Positions 13,157 through 26,805 of a DNA stretch of 64,000 bases are shown in pieces. Position numbers and translations under genes: made by a program. The notes under the pieces are model-generated. The model did not search any database. It saw only the letters and a program-made list of their open reading frames with translations, and was not told where the DNA came from. The DNA comes from Octopus bimaculoides (lineage: Eukaryota), in contig NC_068989.1 of the NCBI RefSeq assembly GCF_001194135.2, positions 14,973,788-15,037,787 on the forward strand. The letters run 5' to 3'. Each line of letters begins with the position of its first letter. The first letter of the stretch is position 1.

Positions 13157-14099
13157 GACTGGAAGTGGCAAAAAAGAAGACATGTTTGTGAAGTTGATGG
13201 GAAGTGAATTAAGTGGTTAAAAGTGAAAAGTACCATGACTCCAAAAACTCTGTCGAAGGAGGGGAACCTCGAGGAGTGGTGCTTAGTTTTGTTTTCATAT
13301 GAGCATGAAGCAGACACCTCTTGAGACCCCTAATTCTTTTTTTTCTTTTTTTTTTTTTGAGGGATTGGTGAGCAGATGTGATATGTGGGAGGAAAAGATG
13401 TGTTAAGTTAAGTTTAGCAAGCAGATACCTACTTAAATCCCATCCATGAGTTTTTTTTGTTTTTTTTAAGGGCTGGCCCCTAATTCTGGCTTCCTGACAT
13501 GAAGTGACTGAGAGATAGACAACTTAGTTTATGGCAGATAACATTTCCAGATGATCTGGTATGTGCTTCCATTAGTTATGTGAATTGAGGTAGCAAGGGA
13601 TGAAATGTTTTGCTGAGGAACAAAATGAAATGCCTGAAATGGAATTCAGTTCTAGATCCAGACATAGTTGCATCCCCAACCGCATGGCTCCCCAACCACA
13701 AGATTTTGGGTTCAGTCCTACTGCATGGCATCTTGAGAAAGTGTTTTCTACTATACCCCTCGACTAACAAATTCCTTGTGAATGAATATGGTAGATGGAA
13801 ACTGTGTGGAAGCTTGTCATCGTCATCATCATTTAGTGTCCATTTTCCATGCTGGCATGAGTTGGGCGGTTTGACATGAAACTGGCCAGCCAGGGAACCT
13901 TCCAGACTCCAATTGTCTGTTGTGCCATGGTTTCTATGACTGGATGCCCTTCTTAATGCCAACCACTTTTCAGAGTGTGCTGGGTGCTATTTTTTACATG
14001 CCACCTGTATAGGTGCGTTCATGCAACACTGGCACTGATGTGTGAGTGTGTGTGTGTGAGCGTGTGTGTGTGTGTGTAGGTGCAGTGGTGTCACTGGAA

Positions 14100-14525
14100 A
14101 ACTAACAGAGAAAATGGTCTTTGCATGAGGCAGATGTGAAGGTACATTAAACACCAGGAATATACAGAAAATAGACTCCCACAAATGTCAGGGGGAATCC
14201 TTAGAAGTAGTAGACAGTTTCCGTTACTTAGGTGACCAAGTTAGTAATGGGGGAGGTTGTTCTGAAAGCATAGCTGCTTGAATAAGAATAGGCCTGGTAA
14301 AGTTCAGAGAACTACTACCTCTTTTAGTAACGAAGGGCATCTCCCTCAGAGTGAAAGGCAGATTGTATGATACCCGTATGCGGACAGCTATGCTACATGG
14401 CAGTGAGACATGGGCTGTGGCTACTGGAGATATGTGAAGGCTTGAAAGAAATGAAGCCAGTATTCTCTGCTGGATGGGTAATGTCAACGTGCATATGTGA
14501 CAGAGTGTAAGTAGTTTGAGACAAA
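14100..14525 (+). mobile_element. RTE-clade LINE reverse transcriptase fragment
   Basis: LEVVDSFRYLGDQ...KFRELLPLL...LHGSETWA...RLERNEASIL with in-frame stops. Confidence 0.85.
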
Positions 14526-15400
14526 AAGCCATGTTATTTTTAGTAAAATTTTGTAGGTCAAGTTCAAATTACAGTCACAACCAAATATAGCCTTCCTTTT
14601 AAGAGTGATTCACTCCAATGGTGTTCCCATCAATAATGCTCCATTCATTTAGGAATAGCACATGTTAAATAATATTCTTCAAAATTTGTCTCACACATGA
14701 AATTCTGTAGCTATTTACGACTCAAGATCATTTATCCACTTATCGTAAAATCAGACGATTTTCCACCATTTTGCAGTGAACAAATGTAATCTACGAGATT
14801 GTGTAACATCAGAACCAAAACAAACACCTGTGGCAATACTCTTATATAATCAATCAATAATGATGCAACTGGCATCATTATGTCGGCTTTGCATTCTTCC
14901 TTCAAGTTTTAATGATTACACTTGATACCTGCACAGGTGATTACAGAATCTAATGACATATGTTCACTGTTCAGTCACTCACAACTCTTCATTACTTTCA
15001 CCTGTAACTCTAAATGGAAAGAAATTTAAAAAAATTTTTTTCAAGGTGAAACATGCAATCACAGGTATGATCTCGAAACCATGGATTTCCACTTAAGAAC
15101 ATTATATATTTTGGCCAGTTAGTCATATGTATGCCCAAATATAGTGAGAAAAAAGGAGACTTGCTATATCTTGTTATGGTTAATGAAACGGATTCACACC
15201 AATGAAATGTATTCCTTCCTATCAGCAGAGCTTCCACATCCTGGATGAGATAAGAAGCTCTTCAATGTTGTTAAAACCCAAACTGTTCATGGCTCAAATG
15301 ATTTCCTCAACAGGAATTAATCTTGCTTGGAAAGCAAATGCATCCAATGGTTTACTAGTCCATTCGCCAATGAATCCCAAACAAGTGAAAATGGCTATCT

Positions 15401-15604
15401 CTCTCTCTTTTACTTGTTTCAGTCATTTGACTGTGGCCATGCTGGAGCACCGCCTTTTTTTTTAGTTGTGCTAATCGACCCCAGGACTTATTCTTTGTAA
15501 GCCTAGTACTTATTCTATCGGTCTCTTTTTGCTGAACCGCTAAGTTATGGGGATGTAAACACACCAGCATCGGTTGTCAAGTGATGTTGGGGGGACAAAC
15601 ACAT

Positions 15605-15635
<31 letters not shown>

Positions 15636-15798
15636 CATATATACAGTTGGCTTCTTTCAGTTTCCGTCTACCAAATCCACTCACAAGGCTTTGGTCGGCC
15701 CGAGGCTATAGTAGAAGACACTTGCCCAAGGTGCTACTCAGTGGGACTGAACCCAGAACCATGTGGTTGGTAAGCAAGCTACGTACCACACAGCCACT
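15401..15798 (-). mobile_element. SINE family A
   Basis: full-length copy. Confidence 0.85.
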
Positions 15799-16079
15799 CT
15801 TACTCCTCTCGTAGATGAATAACATCAATGTGTACAGGATTCTAAGATGTGGCTGAAGAACTATTAAAATTGAGAACTTTTGTTATTTTTGACAACATGC
15901 TGGAGCACATAGCATAGTTCACTCCTGTTGCATTTTAAGAAATACTCGAAATAATTCTAAGAAATACCCGAAGCAGCAAATACTTGAAACAATAATGGAA
16001 CCTCCACACATTCATGCAGACCTGATAGAAATAGCAGCCTAATTCTTTAAAAATAAAGAACACATTAGTAGACAGTGTA

Positions 16080-16466
16080 TTGTTGTTGGCACTCCATCAC
16101 TTATGACGTTGAGGGTTCCAGTTGATCCAATCAACGGAACAGCCTGCTCGTGAAATTAACGTGCAAGTGGCTGAGCACTCCACAGACACGTGTACCCTTA
16201 ACGTAGTTCTTGGGGGATATTCAGCGTGACACAGAGTGTGACAAGGCTGACCCTTTGAATTACAGGCACAACAGAAACAAGAAGTAAGAGTGAGAGAAAG
16301 TTGTGGTGAAAGAGTACAGCAGGGTTCGCCACCATCTCTTGCCGGAGCCTCGTGGAACTTTAGGTGTTTTCGCTCAATAAACACTCACGACGCCCGGTCT
16401 GGGAATCAAAACCGCGATCCTATGACCACGAGTCCGCTGCTCTAGCCACTGGGCCATTGCGCCTCC
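16080..16466 (-). mobile_element. SINE family B
   Basis: TSD tagacagtgtat. Confidence 0.9.
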
Positions 16467-16962
16467 AATAGACAGTGTATGTCTTAGATAAACACTCCTC
16501 CACCACTATCCCCCACACTCAAAGATTATGGTGGTCAACTCTGGAATGACTTTGATTATAGTTCTGCTCACTCGGGGATGACCTAGGGTTAAATAACAGC
16601 AACAGCAGCTGTACGACTGTAGATTTCTTAAAAGCTCTGTTCTTCTTTCTCTGCTGTACAAAATCTGGTTGTTGTTGATAAGAATTAAAACACAGACAAT
16701 TTGCTCCTTATGGTAGAAAATAGGTTCTTAGTTTACCAAAGAAGTGTGAAATATGATACACATGACTGCACAAGTGTTATTATATATATATATATATAGT
16801 ACCAAAGGGCTGCATTGAGTTAAGGCGGGAGACCTCACACAATTCAAATCACCAACACCACCTCCATTCATCATCATCATCATCACCACCACCGTCATTA
16901 TTATCATTATCCTCATAACCACCACCACCACCACCATCATAAAGCAAAAAAAAAATCTTCAG

Positions 16963-17360
16963 GCGTGGAGTGGCTGTGTGGTAAGTAGCTTGCTTACCAA
17001 TCACATGGTCCCGGGTTCAATCCCACTGCATGGCACCTTGGGCAAGTGTCTTCTACTATAGCCTTGGGCCGACCAAAGCCTTGTGAGTGGATTTGGTAGA
17101 CGGAAACTGAAAGAAGCCTGTCGTATATATGTATATATATATATATGTATATATGTGTGTGTGTCTGTGTTTGTCCCACCAACATCGCTTGACAACCGAT
17201 GCTGGTGTGTTTACGTCCCCGTAACTTAGCAGTTCGGCAAAAGAGGCCGATAGAATAAGTACTAGGCTTACAAAGAATAAGTGCTGGGGTCGATTTGCTC
17301 GACTAAAGGCGATGCTCCAGCATGGCCGCAGTCAAATGACTGAAACAAGTAAAAGAGTAA
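16963..17360 (+). mobile_element. SINE family A
   Basis: full-length copy. Confidence 0.85.
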
Positions 17361-17658
17361 ATATGCATCAACATCCTTATCATTCATCGTCATGGTCGTC
17401 ATTGTCATTATCCTCATCACTATCACCGCCACCATCATCGTCATCATAATCATCATCATCATCATCTAATGTCCATTTTTCCATCCCTGCTTGGGTGCGA
17501 CCATAAAAATCATTCATCTTCCACATCACAGTCATCATCATCATCATCATCACCATCATCAGCAGCAGCAGCAGCAGGAACAGCAGCAACATTATTGCTT
17601 CTTCTAGACAGATTCAAGTCAGTCAGTACTTCAATGTAGACATTGATTTATTTATACA

Positions 17659-17691
<33 letters not shown>

Positions 17692-17949
17692 AAGAAAGAC
17701 TGCAATATGTCATATTTTCATCAATCATGAGTCATCACCACCTCAGCATGATTTCACATCCTTTTTAAGTTTTCAACTAATTACCTCATCTAAGGTATTC
17801 TTTGGCCTCACACACTGCACCACTGTATATATACACACTTCACTTCTCGCCACACTTTTCACTCAGCACGCTTGCTACCGGCACAATTCTCTCACTTGCA
17901 AATATATCAAGCAACACCAACACATGCAATATCCTATTGCAATTTTCAG

Positions 17950-18380
17950 CTCATTTCTTCTCCTTATTATTATTATTATCATTATTATTATTATCATCAT
18001 TATTATTATTATTATTTTTTTTTTCCTCTTCTTCTTACTATTATTATTATATTTTTCTTCTTCTTACTATTATTATCATCATCATCATCATCATTAATAT
18101 TAATATTATTATTATTATCATTATTATTTTTCTTTTTCTTCTTCTTATTTTTTTCTTCTTCTTACTATTATTATTATCTTATTCTTCTTCTTACTATTAT
18201 TATTATATTTTTCTTCTTCTTACTATTATTATTATATTTTTCTTCTTCTTATTATTATTATTATATTTTTCTTCTTACTATTATTATTATATTTTTCTTC
18301 TTCTTATTATTATTATTATTATCTTTTCTTCTTCTTACTATTATTATATTTTTCTTCTGCTTCCTCTTCTTCTTCACATA
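17950..18380. repeat. compound (TAT)n/(TCT)n higher-order microsatellite
   Basis: recurring unit of about 30 nt: ttcttcttcttactattattattatattttt. Confidence 0.9.
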
Positions 18381-18419
18381 TCTCTAAATTTAATGTTTCA
18401 CATTTATTTATTTATTTTG

Positions 18420-18845
18420 CTTGTCAGTTGTTTGACCATAGCCAGTCGAGCATTCCTTTGGTGGCTGATGATATGTGCATCTCTGATCATGAGTAATGGG
18501 GGAGCACCATAGCCATGTGCGGAGAGGAATTCTTTGGGGTTTGAATAATTCACCTTTGGAAACATGGGTGTTTTGCTCAACATCCTTAAACAAACCTTAT
18601 TCAGGGACCTTTTGAGCGGGATGGGCTACTCGACCTAAAGAAAATTCCAACTGGGCCCCACCTGCTAGGTCATGCGCTGTTTATCTTTATATGAGATCAT
18701 CATGTCGTGCACATATGGTTGTGATGCATGTGCCTGGTGTACCCTTATCAGATGGGTAGTCATGATGGGTATACTGGGCTTCGTATATTTTACCCCAGTG
18801 TCACTTTGATGGCATGCACTGCTTTCTCACTCAATAGTAATAACA
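18420..18845. repeat. probable dispersed repeat ending in taataacaat
   Basis: GC-richer block directly after a TAA-type microsatellite; family not assigned. Confidence 0.35.
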
Positions 18846-19239
18846 ATCTTTTCTGCTAAAGGCACAAGGCCTTAAATTTTAGGAAAGGGGACTAATCAAT
18901 CACATTGACCCCAGTGTTTCACTGGTACTTAATTTATCAACCCCAAAAGGATGAAAAAATAAAGTCACCCTCAGTGGAATTTGAACTCAGAACACAAAAA
19001 CTGATGGTATGCTGCTAAGCATTTCATTCATCCTTTCATTCTGTGTTCAAATTCCGTTTAGGTTGACTTTGCCTTTTGTCTGTTTGAGGTCAATAAAATA
19101 AGTACCACTGAAGTCAAAGTTGCTGGCATAGTGCCAAACTGTGAAACTAATATCTTACTGTTATACCATATGTACTCCCTTCCACACACACACACACACA
19201 CACACACATGCACACCATATTATGTATAACATAAAAAAA

Positions 19240-19500
19240 AACGATAAATGTCACCCTTTCAAAGCCTAGCCAGGCTCATGGGCCCGGTTTCCTGGTTTCT
19301 ATGGCATATGTGTTCCCCCCAGCTGGACGGGACGCCAGTCCATCGCAGCGTTACTCATTTTTGCCAGCTGAGTGGACTGGAGCAACGTGAAATGAAGTGT
19401 TTTGCTCAAGAACACAACGCGTCACCCGGTCCAGGAATCGAAACCACAATCTTACGATCATGATGCTGACACCCTAACCACTAGGCCACGCGCCTCCACC
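19240..19500 (-). mobile_element. tRNA-derived SINE family C
   Basis: TGGCCTAGTGG and GTTTCGATTCC boxes; TSD tatgtataacata. Confidence 0.85.
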
Positions 19501-21759
19501 TATGTATAACATACACATGTATATATATTCTAACATTTGATCTTGGCCGAATTTGGAAAAAGAACACACACACACACATATACCCTTGCTTCTAATGACT
19601 TAATAGATTAGAGGTATTGTAGTTTGGTGTTTCAAGTAATTAGGTCAATGCCTGTCTCTTCAGACAAAGATAGATAGCTACATAGATTCTCAAGCTTTGT
19701 TATGTTATTATTGGCAGCAACTGCTATTGGTGACTAGGAAACCTCAGCATTCAGCTTGCAATCATACCACAAAATTCTCATGATCAACAAGTGATAGACA
19801 AACTGCTCTGAAGCTATATCAAGCAATTAAAAATTAACGTCATTTGATGATGATGAGGATGATGATGATAAGGATGATGATGATGTTGGTGATGATGATT
19901 CATAGCCACCATTATTAATGAATTTTAATCAATTTATCTTAATAAAAAATTATGTTAAATGTGTTCATTAAATGAAAGCATATTTTCTCAATTAAATTAA
20001 AAAGATAAATTAAGAAAAGCCATATCGCTGAATGGTTGTGTGGTGAAGAAGCTTGGTTTGCAACCACATGGTTTCAGGTTCAGTCCCACTGCGCAGCACC
20101 TTGGGCAAGCCTACTATAATCCCAGGCTGGCCAAAGCTCTAAGAGCAGATTTGGTACGTGGAAACTGAAAGAAACTCTTTGTGTGTATGCATGTATGTAT
20201 GTATATATATATATATATATATATATCTTCACTCTTTTACTTGTTTCAGTCATTTGACTGCGGCCATGCTGGAGCACCACCTTTAGTCGAGCAAATCGAC
20301 CCCAGGACTTATTCTTTGTAAGCCTAGTACTTATTCTATCGGTCTCTTTTGTTCCTTCTCTTGCTAGTTTGTGGAACAGCCTCTTAGTTTTTTCCACCAC
20401 CACCGTCATCATCATTCTTTTAATGACCACTTTTTCTTGCTTGCATTGGTTTGACAGAGTTTGTTGAGGTAGATTTTTCTACAGCAAGATGCCCTTCCTG
20501 TTGCCAACCCTCACCTGTTTCCAAATAACGTAATATTTCCCATAGCTAGACATGCTTCTCATGGAAGACTTGAAACTAATAACCAGTGTAGAAGGCCTTC
20601 AAAGGTGATGGGCACTTCTTTACCTTTGACAAATATACTGGCTCCAAATTTTGGCACAAGGCTGGTAAGTTTGGGGACAGGAGAAATTTGATTATATTGA
20701 CCCAACTACTCAACTGGTACTTATTTTATCAGCCTTGAGAGGGTGAAAGGTGAAATTGACCTTGGCAGAATTTGAACTCAAAATGCAAAGATGGACGAAA
20801 TGTTGCAAAGCATTTTGCCTGGCATGCTAACGATTCTGCCAGATCATCACTGTCTACTTGACTAATTACATTGGTTTCAAATTTTGGCACAAGGCCAGCA
20901 AGTTCGGGGCGGGGGCGGGGGCGGGGTGAGGTATGAGGAGAAAGTGAACTACATTAACCCCACTACTCAACTGGTACTTATTTTATCGACCAGAAAAAGA
21001 TGATAGGCAAAATTGACCAGGGTAGAATTTGAACTCAAAACACAAAGACAGACAAAATGCCATTAAGCATTTTGCTTGGTTTGTTAATGATTCTGCCAGC
21101 CCAACGCTTCATCTTTGACTGATATATTAAAAGAAATAACAATAAATTCTTTGTTAAATCCTTGGTTGGTAACACTTCATTGATATTGCTTTCAGAATAT
21201 TGGTTTTTCACAGTAGTATGTCTTTTAGGCCTAACCAATCAGCAGACTTTTGTTGTAGGAGTGAAATTATAAACACAGGAATAATCAAGGTTTTTAGTCT
21301 TATAATTCCATTCACATCGAGGATATGTTATTAAACAAAATATTACAAAGGGTTAAGTCATTTAGCATAGTTGACCTAGATATTCTAATTGTTTTATGTT
21401 CAAACTGACTAGATCTGGCCTCTCACACCTACCCTAAACTGTTATTGTAAAAATAAGCTATCACTTCATCGAAATCTCAAAGCTACAAGATAATGCATGA
21501 TTAATTCAAAACAATGTGAATAGATAAGCATTACATTTTTAACAGAATAATCAGAAGGCTAGAGTTCAATCAAATCTCCAGTACTTCACTACTGGTACAT
21601 TATTCATCAATCCAAAAAAGACGAAAGGTAAAATTGACCTCAAAAGGACTTGAACTTGTAAAGGTTTGTAATTAAATACAGCAAACATTAAGTGCTTACA
21701 CTCTAACAAATCTACCAATCAACTACCTGTTTTCTTAAAAGGGATTTTTATCCTTATAC

Positions 21760-21985
21760 AGGACTTCATCACTTCTGAAGGAGGAACCCCTCTCTGGGTT
21801 CCTTCCACCAATACCTGTCTCTGGCCAGCTGTGGCCATCTAGGCCCCAGGTAGCAGGTGAGATCATCTTGCCATCTTGACCTTGGTCAACTTCTTGATCT
21901 TGTCCATTGTCTTGGTATCTATTCTGTCACCCTGATTGTTCATCCCTTGTACTTCAGTCATGCAATGTGACCAGTCCATTTATAT
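21760..21985 (-). mobile_element. RTE-clade LINE 3' end fragment
   Basis: ...PRSRWQDDLTCYLGPRWPQLARDRYWWK with stops. Confidence 0.7.
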
Positions 21986-22037
21986 TTGTCCTCCTTGGTG
22001 GTTCTTTGGTCTTATATTTATGGTAGGATTAAAGTTT

Positions 22038-22406
22038 GGAGCGCAATGGCCCAGTGGTTAGGGCAGCGGACTCGCGGTCATAAGATTGCGGTTTCGATTC
22101 CCAGACCGGGTGTTGTGAGTGTTTATTGAGCGAAAACACCTAAAGCTCCGGCAGGGGATGGTGGCGAACCCTGCTGTACTCTTTCATCAAAACTTTCTCT
22201 CACTCTTACTTCCTGTTTCTGTTGTGCCTGTAATTCAAAGGGTCAGCCTTGTCACACTGTGTCACGCTGAATATCCCCGAGAACTGCATTAAGGGTACAT
22301 GTGTCTGTGGAGTGCTCAGCCACTTGCACGTTAATTTCACGAGCAGGCTGTTCCGTTGATCGGATCGACTAGAACCCTTGACGTCGTAAGCGACGGAGTG
22401 CCAACA
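22038..22406 (+). mobile_element. SINE family B
   Basis: TSD aggattaaagttt; TGGCCCAGTGG and GTTTCGATTCC boxes. Confidence 0.9.
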
Positions 22407-23519
22407 GGATTAAAGTTTATACTATTTCTTAGTACAAATGTTCTGAGAACATAAAATCTCCATTTGCTATGATCATACACAAATCAAAGTTGCCTCTCCT
22501 AAAATAGGATTTGGCAATAGAGTACGAGTGGGGTCGTTTGTGTTGGATTTTCACCTTGGACTGGAAAACATATCACATAGTTTGTCAGCTACCTCTGTAG
22601 ATAATTGAACTGATAAGAATTAGCCTAACAAAAAGTAAGGCACAGTCCTGGTGTGGAGGATATAACTACTGCTTGCTTTAAACTATCTTTAAAAGGTAAA
22701 TATCTTTCGAAAGAAGATATGTAATTTTAATGCTTATGTCTTCAAATGAAAATTCAAAAAAACAAGCAACATTAATAAAAACCCACCACACAACAAACCA
22801 GTGCGGATTGTTATATAATGTGTCCTAGTTATTGTGTATGAATTTTTAAAAAAATAATAAGATCGTGGAATACAGACCATATGGCTGTAATTTCAATGTG
22901 TGCATGTGTGTGTGTGTCTGTGTGTATATGTTGTGGGAACTAGGATATTAAAAAGCTGTCCATTATATAACTTCATCGTTGACTCATTCATGGACGCTAA
23001 TTATATTCCTTTCTACAGTGAATTTCATGTAAAAAAACAAAAAAATCCTAAGGTCTTTTATATATCAAATATATTCATATACTTAACATGATCTTTTTTT
23101 GCCATGACATTTCTGTCAAGCCACTGTCATAAAGTTGACAAATCTCCTCAACAAAAACAACCTCCCCGTTCCTCTTATTCTATATATCCTACTTTTTTTT
23201 TTTTCTTATCAGAGTAAATTAGAAAATCGTTTATCTCAATCCAGTCATGCATACAATTATAGTCAATATTAAAAACTGTCCTTTTTTTTTTTTATGACTA
23301 CACACAGCTAGACAACGAAACTTAGGTGTTATCAGTGACTTGTGACTCTAACAGTATATAGATTATATATGTGTGTGTGTATGTGTGAGTACTATTAATA
23401 ATAGACAGAAGGTAGAAAGTGACTCAAGGCTAAGAGTTTTGTTCATTGGCAATACATACAAATGTATGAAACTCACAGTCCTTGAGTCACTCTGAAACTT
23501 CAACCAACTATTAATATAC

Positions 23520-23884
23520 AGGAGTGGCTGTGTGGTAAGTAGTTTGCTTACCAACCACATGGTCTCAGGTTCATTCCCACTGCGTGGCACTTTGGGCAAG
23601 TGTCTTCTACTATAGCCTCGGGCCGACCAAAGCCTTGTGAGTGGATTTGGTAGACGGAAACTGAAAGAAGCCTGTCGTATATATGTATGTATATACATAT
23701 ATATGTATGTGTGTGTATATGCTCGTGTGTCTGTGTTTACGTCCCTGTAACTTAGCGGTTCGGCAAAAGTGACCAATAGAATAAGTACTAGGCTTACAAA
23801 GAATAAGTCCTGGGGTCAATTTGCTTGACTAAAAGGCGGTGCTCCAGCATGGCCGCAGTCAAATGACAAACAAGTAAAAGAGTA
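23520..23884 (+). mobile_element. SINE family A
   Basis: near full-length copy ending in (TA)n next to a gap. Confidence 0.85.
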
Positions 23885-24057
23885 TATATATATATGTATG
23901 TATATACATATATATNNNNNNNNNNNNNNNNNNNNNNNNNNNNNNNNNNNNNNNNNNNNNNNNNNNNNNNNNNNNNNNNNNNNNNNNNNNNNNNNNNNNN
24001 NNNNNNNNNNNNNNNNNNNNNNNNNNNNNNNNNNNNNNNNNNNTATATATATATATA

Positions 24058-24292
24058 CAGAGTGGCCCAAAAGTAGGTTTACAGTTATCATGTAGGCACT
24101 TAAAATTTTTTTTTAAACATTTTATTACATTTAAATTTCTATCTTACTAACTGAAAAAGGGAGCTTGACAAAATTAACTAAAATAGCATAGAATAATAGT
24201 TTCATATTATTTTTATAATTAAGATCTGAACTGTTAATATATGAATGTGAAAGAGATAGTTGAATAACTGTAAACCTACTTTTGGGCCACCC

Positions 24293-24294
<2 letters not shown>
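24058..24294. mobile_element. Tc1/mariner-type MITE
   Basis: TIR GTGGCCCAAAAGTAGGTTTACAGTTAT; inserted in (TA)n. Confidence 0.85.
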
Positions 24295-24325
<31 letters not shown>

Positions 24326-24849
24326 TAGGGGTCAGCATGGCTGTGTAGTAAGAAGTTTGCTTCCAAAACACAAGGTTCTGGTTTCAGTTCCTATGCATTG
24401 TACTTTGGGCAAGTGTCTTCAACGATAGCCTCAGGCCAACCAGAGACTTGTGAATGGATTTGGTAGACAGAAACTGAAAGAAGCCCAACACACACACATA
24501 CATTTTGCTTAGGCATTGCAAGACTAAAAACCTGATGTAGAACTCAATATGCGACTGTCTCAAAACAAAGTGTTAGAATATAGAACTACAATAAGAAAGA
24601 GATAACACGAGAAAAGAACTCCATTAGCTTACAGCTGTTCTGCTATATGGTGCAGTGGACTCAGTCGAGTGCCTGGATAACACCCTGCAGGTTCGAATAT
24701 GAAGTGCAATTTATTTTGCAAAAAAGAATTACCTGTGAGAAAGTCATCACCGAAGTATATGGAAAAGTGTATCCAAAAGGCAGTTAGAAATAGCTGTAAG
24801 CTATTGAAGTTCATAACATACCCTTTTTTTTCATGTCATCTCTTTTTCT

Positions 24850-24880
<31 letters not shown>

Positions 24881-26459
24881 ACAGGGTATCTAAGAGATAC
24901 CGCCACGCTGAAAAATAGCAGTCAAAACCTGACTCTAAAACCACAATAAATGTCCACATAGCACAAGGAGCTATAATATAATATTGGATTGAATATTTCT
25001 TCTGGGTATATAATGGAACGATGGCAGTAAACTGGCAGAATTATTAGCACGTCAGGTAAAATGCTTAGCAGCATTACCTGTCTCTTTTATATTTAGTTCA
25101 AATCATGCAGTGGTCAACTCTGCCTTTCATCCCTTTGGGAGTCGATAAAATAAAGTAGCAATCAAAATACTGGGGTTGACGTAACTGGCTTCCCTCCTCC
25201 CTGAAAAACTGCTTGCTTCGAACCCTTGCAATGGACCAGTGGGATGTTGTAATCTCAGTTACTTATAAATCATGGAATCTAGTTCAGTCCCTTGCATGGC
25301 ACCTTGGGCAAGTGTCTTCTAGTGTAGCCTTGTGTGTGGACTTGGTAGATGGAAACTGTAAAAAAAAAAAACCCCATCAGATATATATATCTATGTGTGT
25401 GTCTATGTATGTCTCACTACTGCTTGGCAACTGGTGTTGGTGTATTTATGCCTCTATAACCTAGCAGTTCAGCCTGAGAGACTGATAGAAGAACCAGGCT
25501 TTTAAAAAAAAGAGTACTTGGAGCAATGCATTTGACTAAAAATTCTTTAACCCTTTAGTGTTCAAATTAATGTCAAAAGTAATCCTTATTCATTTACATT
25601 TTTAAAATTGCCAGTACCGCCTGACTGGCCTTCGTAGGATGTTCGAGCGAGATCATTGCCGGTGCCCCTGGACTGGCTCTTGTGTGGGTGGCACATAAAA
25701 TACACCATTTTGAGCGTGGCCATTGCCAGTACCATCTGACTGGCCTTCATGCGGGTGACACGTAAAAGCACCCACTACACTCGGAGTGGTTGGCGTTAGG
25801 AAGGGCATCCAGCTGTAGAAACTCTGCCAAATCAGATTGGAGTCTGGTGTTGCCATCCGGTTTCACCAGTCCTCAGTCAAATCGTCCAACCCATGCTAGC
25901 ATGGAAAGCGGACGTTAAACAATGATGATGATGATTTTTAAAAATTAATCTGGTATTATCTTGTAACTTCAAGATTTGAGAGATGTAATTGTTTATATTT
26001 AGAATGACATTGCAGGGTAGGTGTGACATACTGGTTCTGGCCAGTTTGAGCATAAAATGAGTAGAATATTTGGGCCAGATATAGCCGGTTTAAACACCAA
26101 AGGGTTAAGGCAGTGTCCCAACATGACCATAGTCAAATGACTGAAACAAGGGTCCTAGGGATCAAGAAAAAATTATATATTCACAATGGAATGAGTAGTG
26201 GGGCATGTCCAGTCAGTTTACTGTTATCAATTCACCACAGATAAAGTTCACCGTCTTTTTTTCAATAAAATAATTTTTAACTATTAATGGTGAGATATTA
26301 TGGAAATATTTTCTCACAAACTTTCCTCGTGGTGAACTCTATTGCGATGAACTTACCTGTAATCATAGTGGGGTGCCTACAAATGTAACCCTGATTGTTG
26401 AGCAATATCATTGTTTTATTTTACACTAAAAAAAAGGAGCCAATTAAAAGCATATCACC

Positions 26460-26805
26460 TCTCTTTTACTTTTACTTGTTTTAGTCATTTGACTGTGGCC
26501 ATGCTGGAGCACCGCCTTTAGTCGAGCAAATCGATCCCAGGACTTATTCTTTGTAAGCCTAGTACTTATTCTATCGGTCTTTTTTGCCGAACCACTAAGT
26601 TACGGGGGACGTAAACACACCAGCATTGGTTGTCAAGTGATGTTGGGAGGACAGACACACACACATACATATATACGACGAGCTTCTTTCAGTTTCCGTC
26701 TACCAAACCCACTCACAAGGCTTTGGTCGGCCCGAGGCTATAGTAGAAGACACTTGCCCAAGGTGCCATGCAGTGGGACTGAACCTAGAACCACACAGCC
26801 ACTAC
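26460..26805 (-). mobile_element. SINE family A
   Basis: near full-length copy. Confidence 0.85.

Noticed and set aside
16097-16384. Recurrent ORFs such as MFIERKHLK..., ...RLWSARGYSRRHLPKV... and MAEFLQLDALP...
   Set aside because: Same peptides recur at many loci because they are translations of SINE and family E repeats
17802-18512. 236-aa and 171-aa ORFs
   Set aside because: Poly-Y/I/L/F translations of triplet microsatellite
22038-22110. tRNA genes at SINE heads
   Set aside because: A/B boxes present but continue into SINE bodies with TSDs; no complete cloverleaf
24629-24893. Exon-like frames on both strands (and 26897-27094, 28768-28968, 30505-30696)
   Set aside because: Splice signals or frames are plausible singly, but there is no recognisable protein and several incompatible readings
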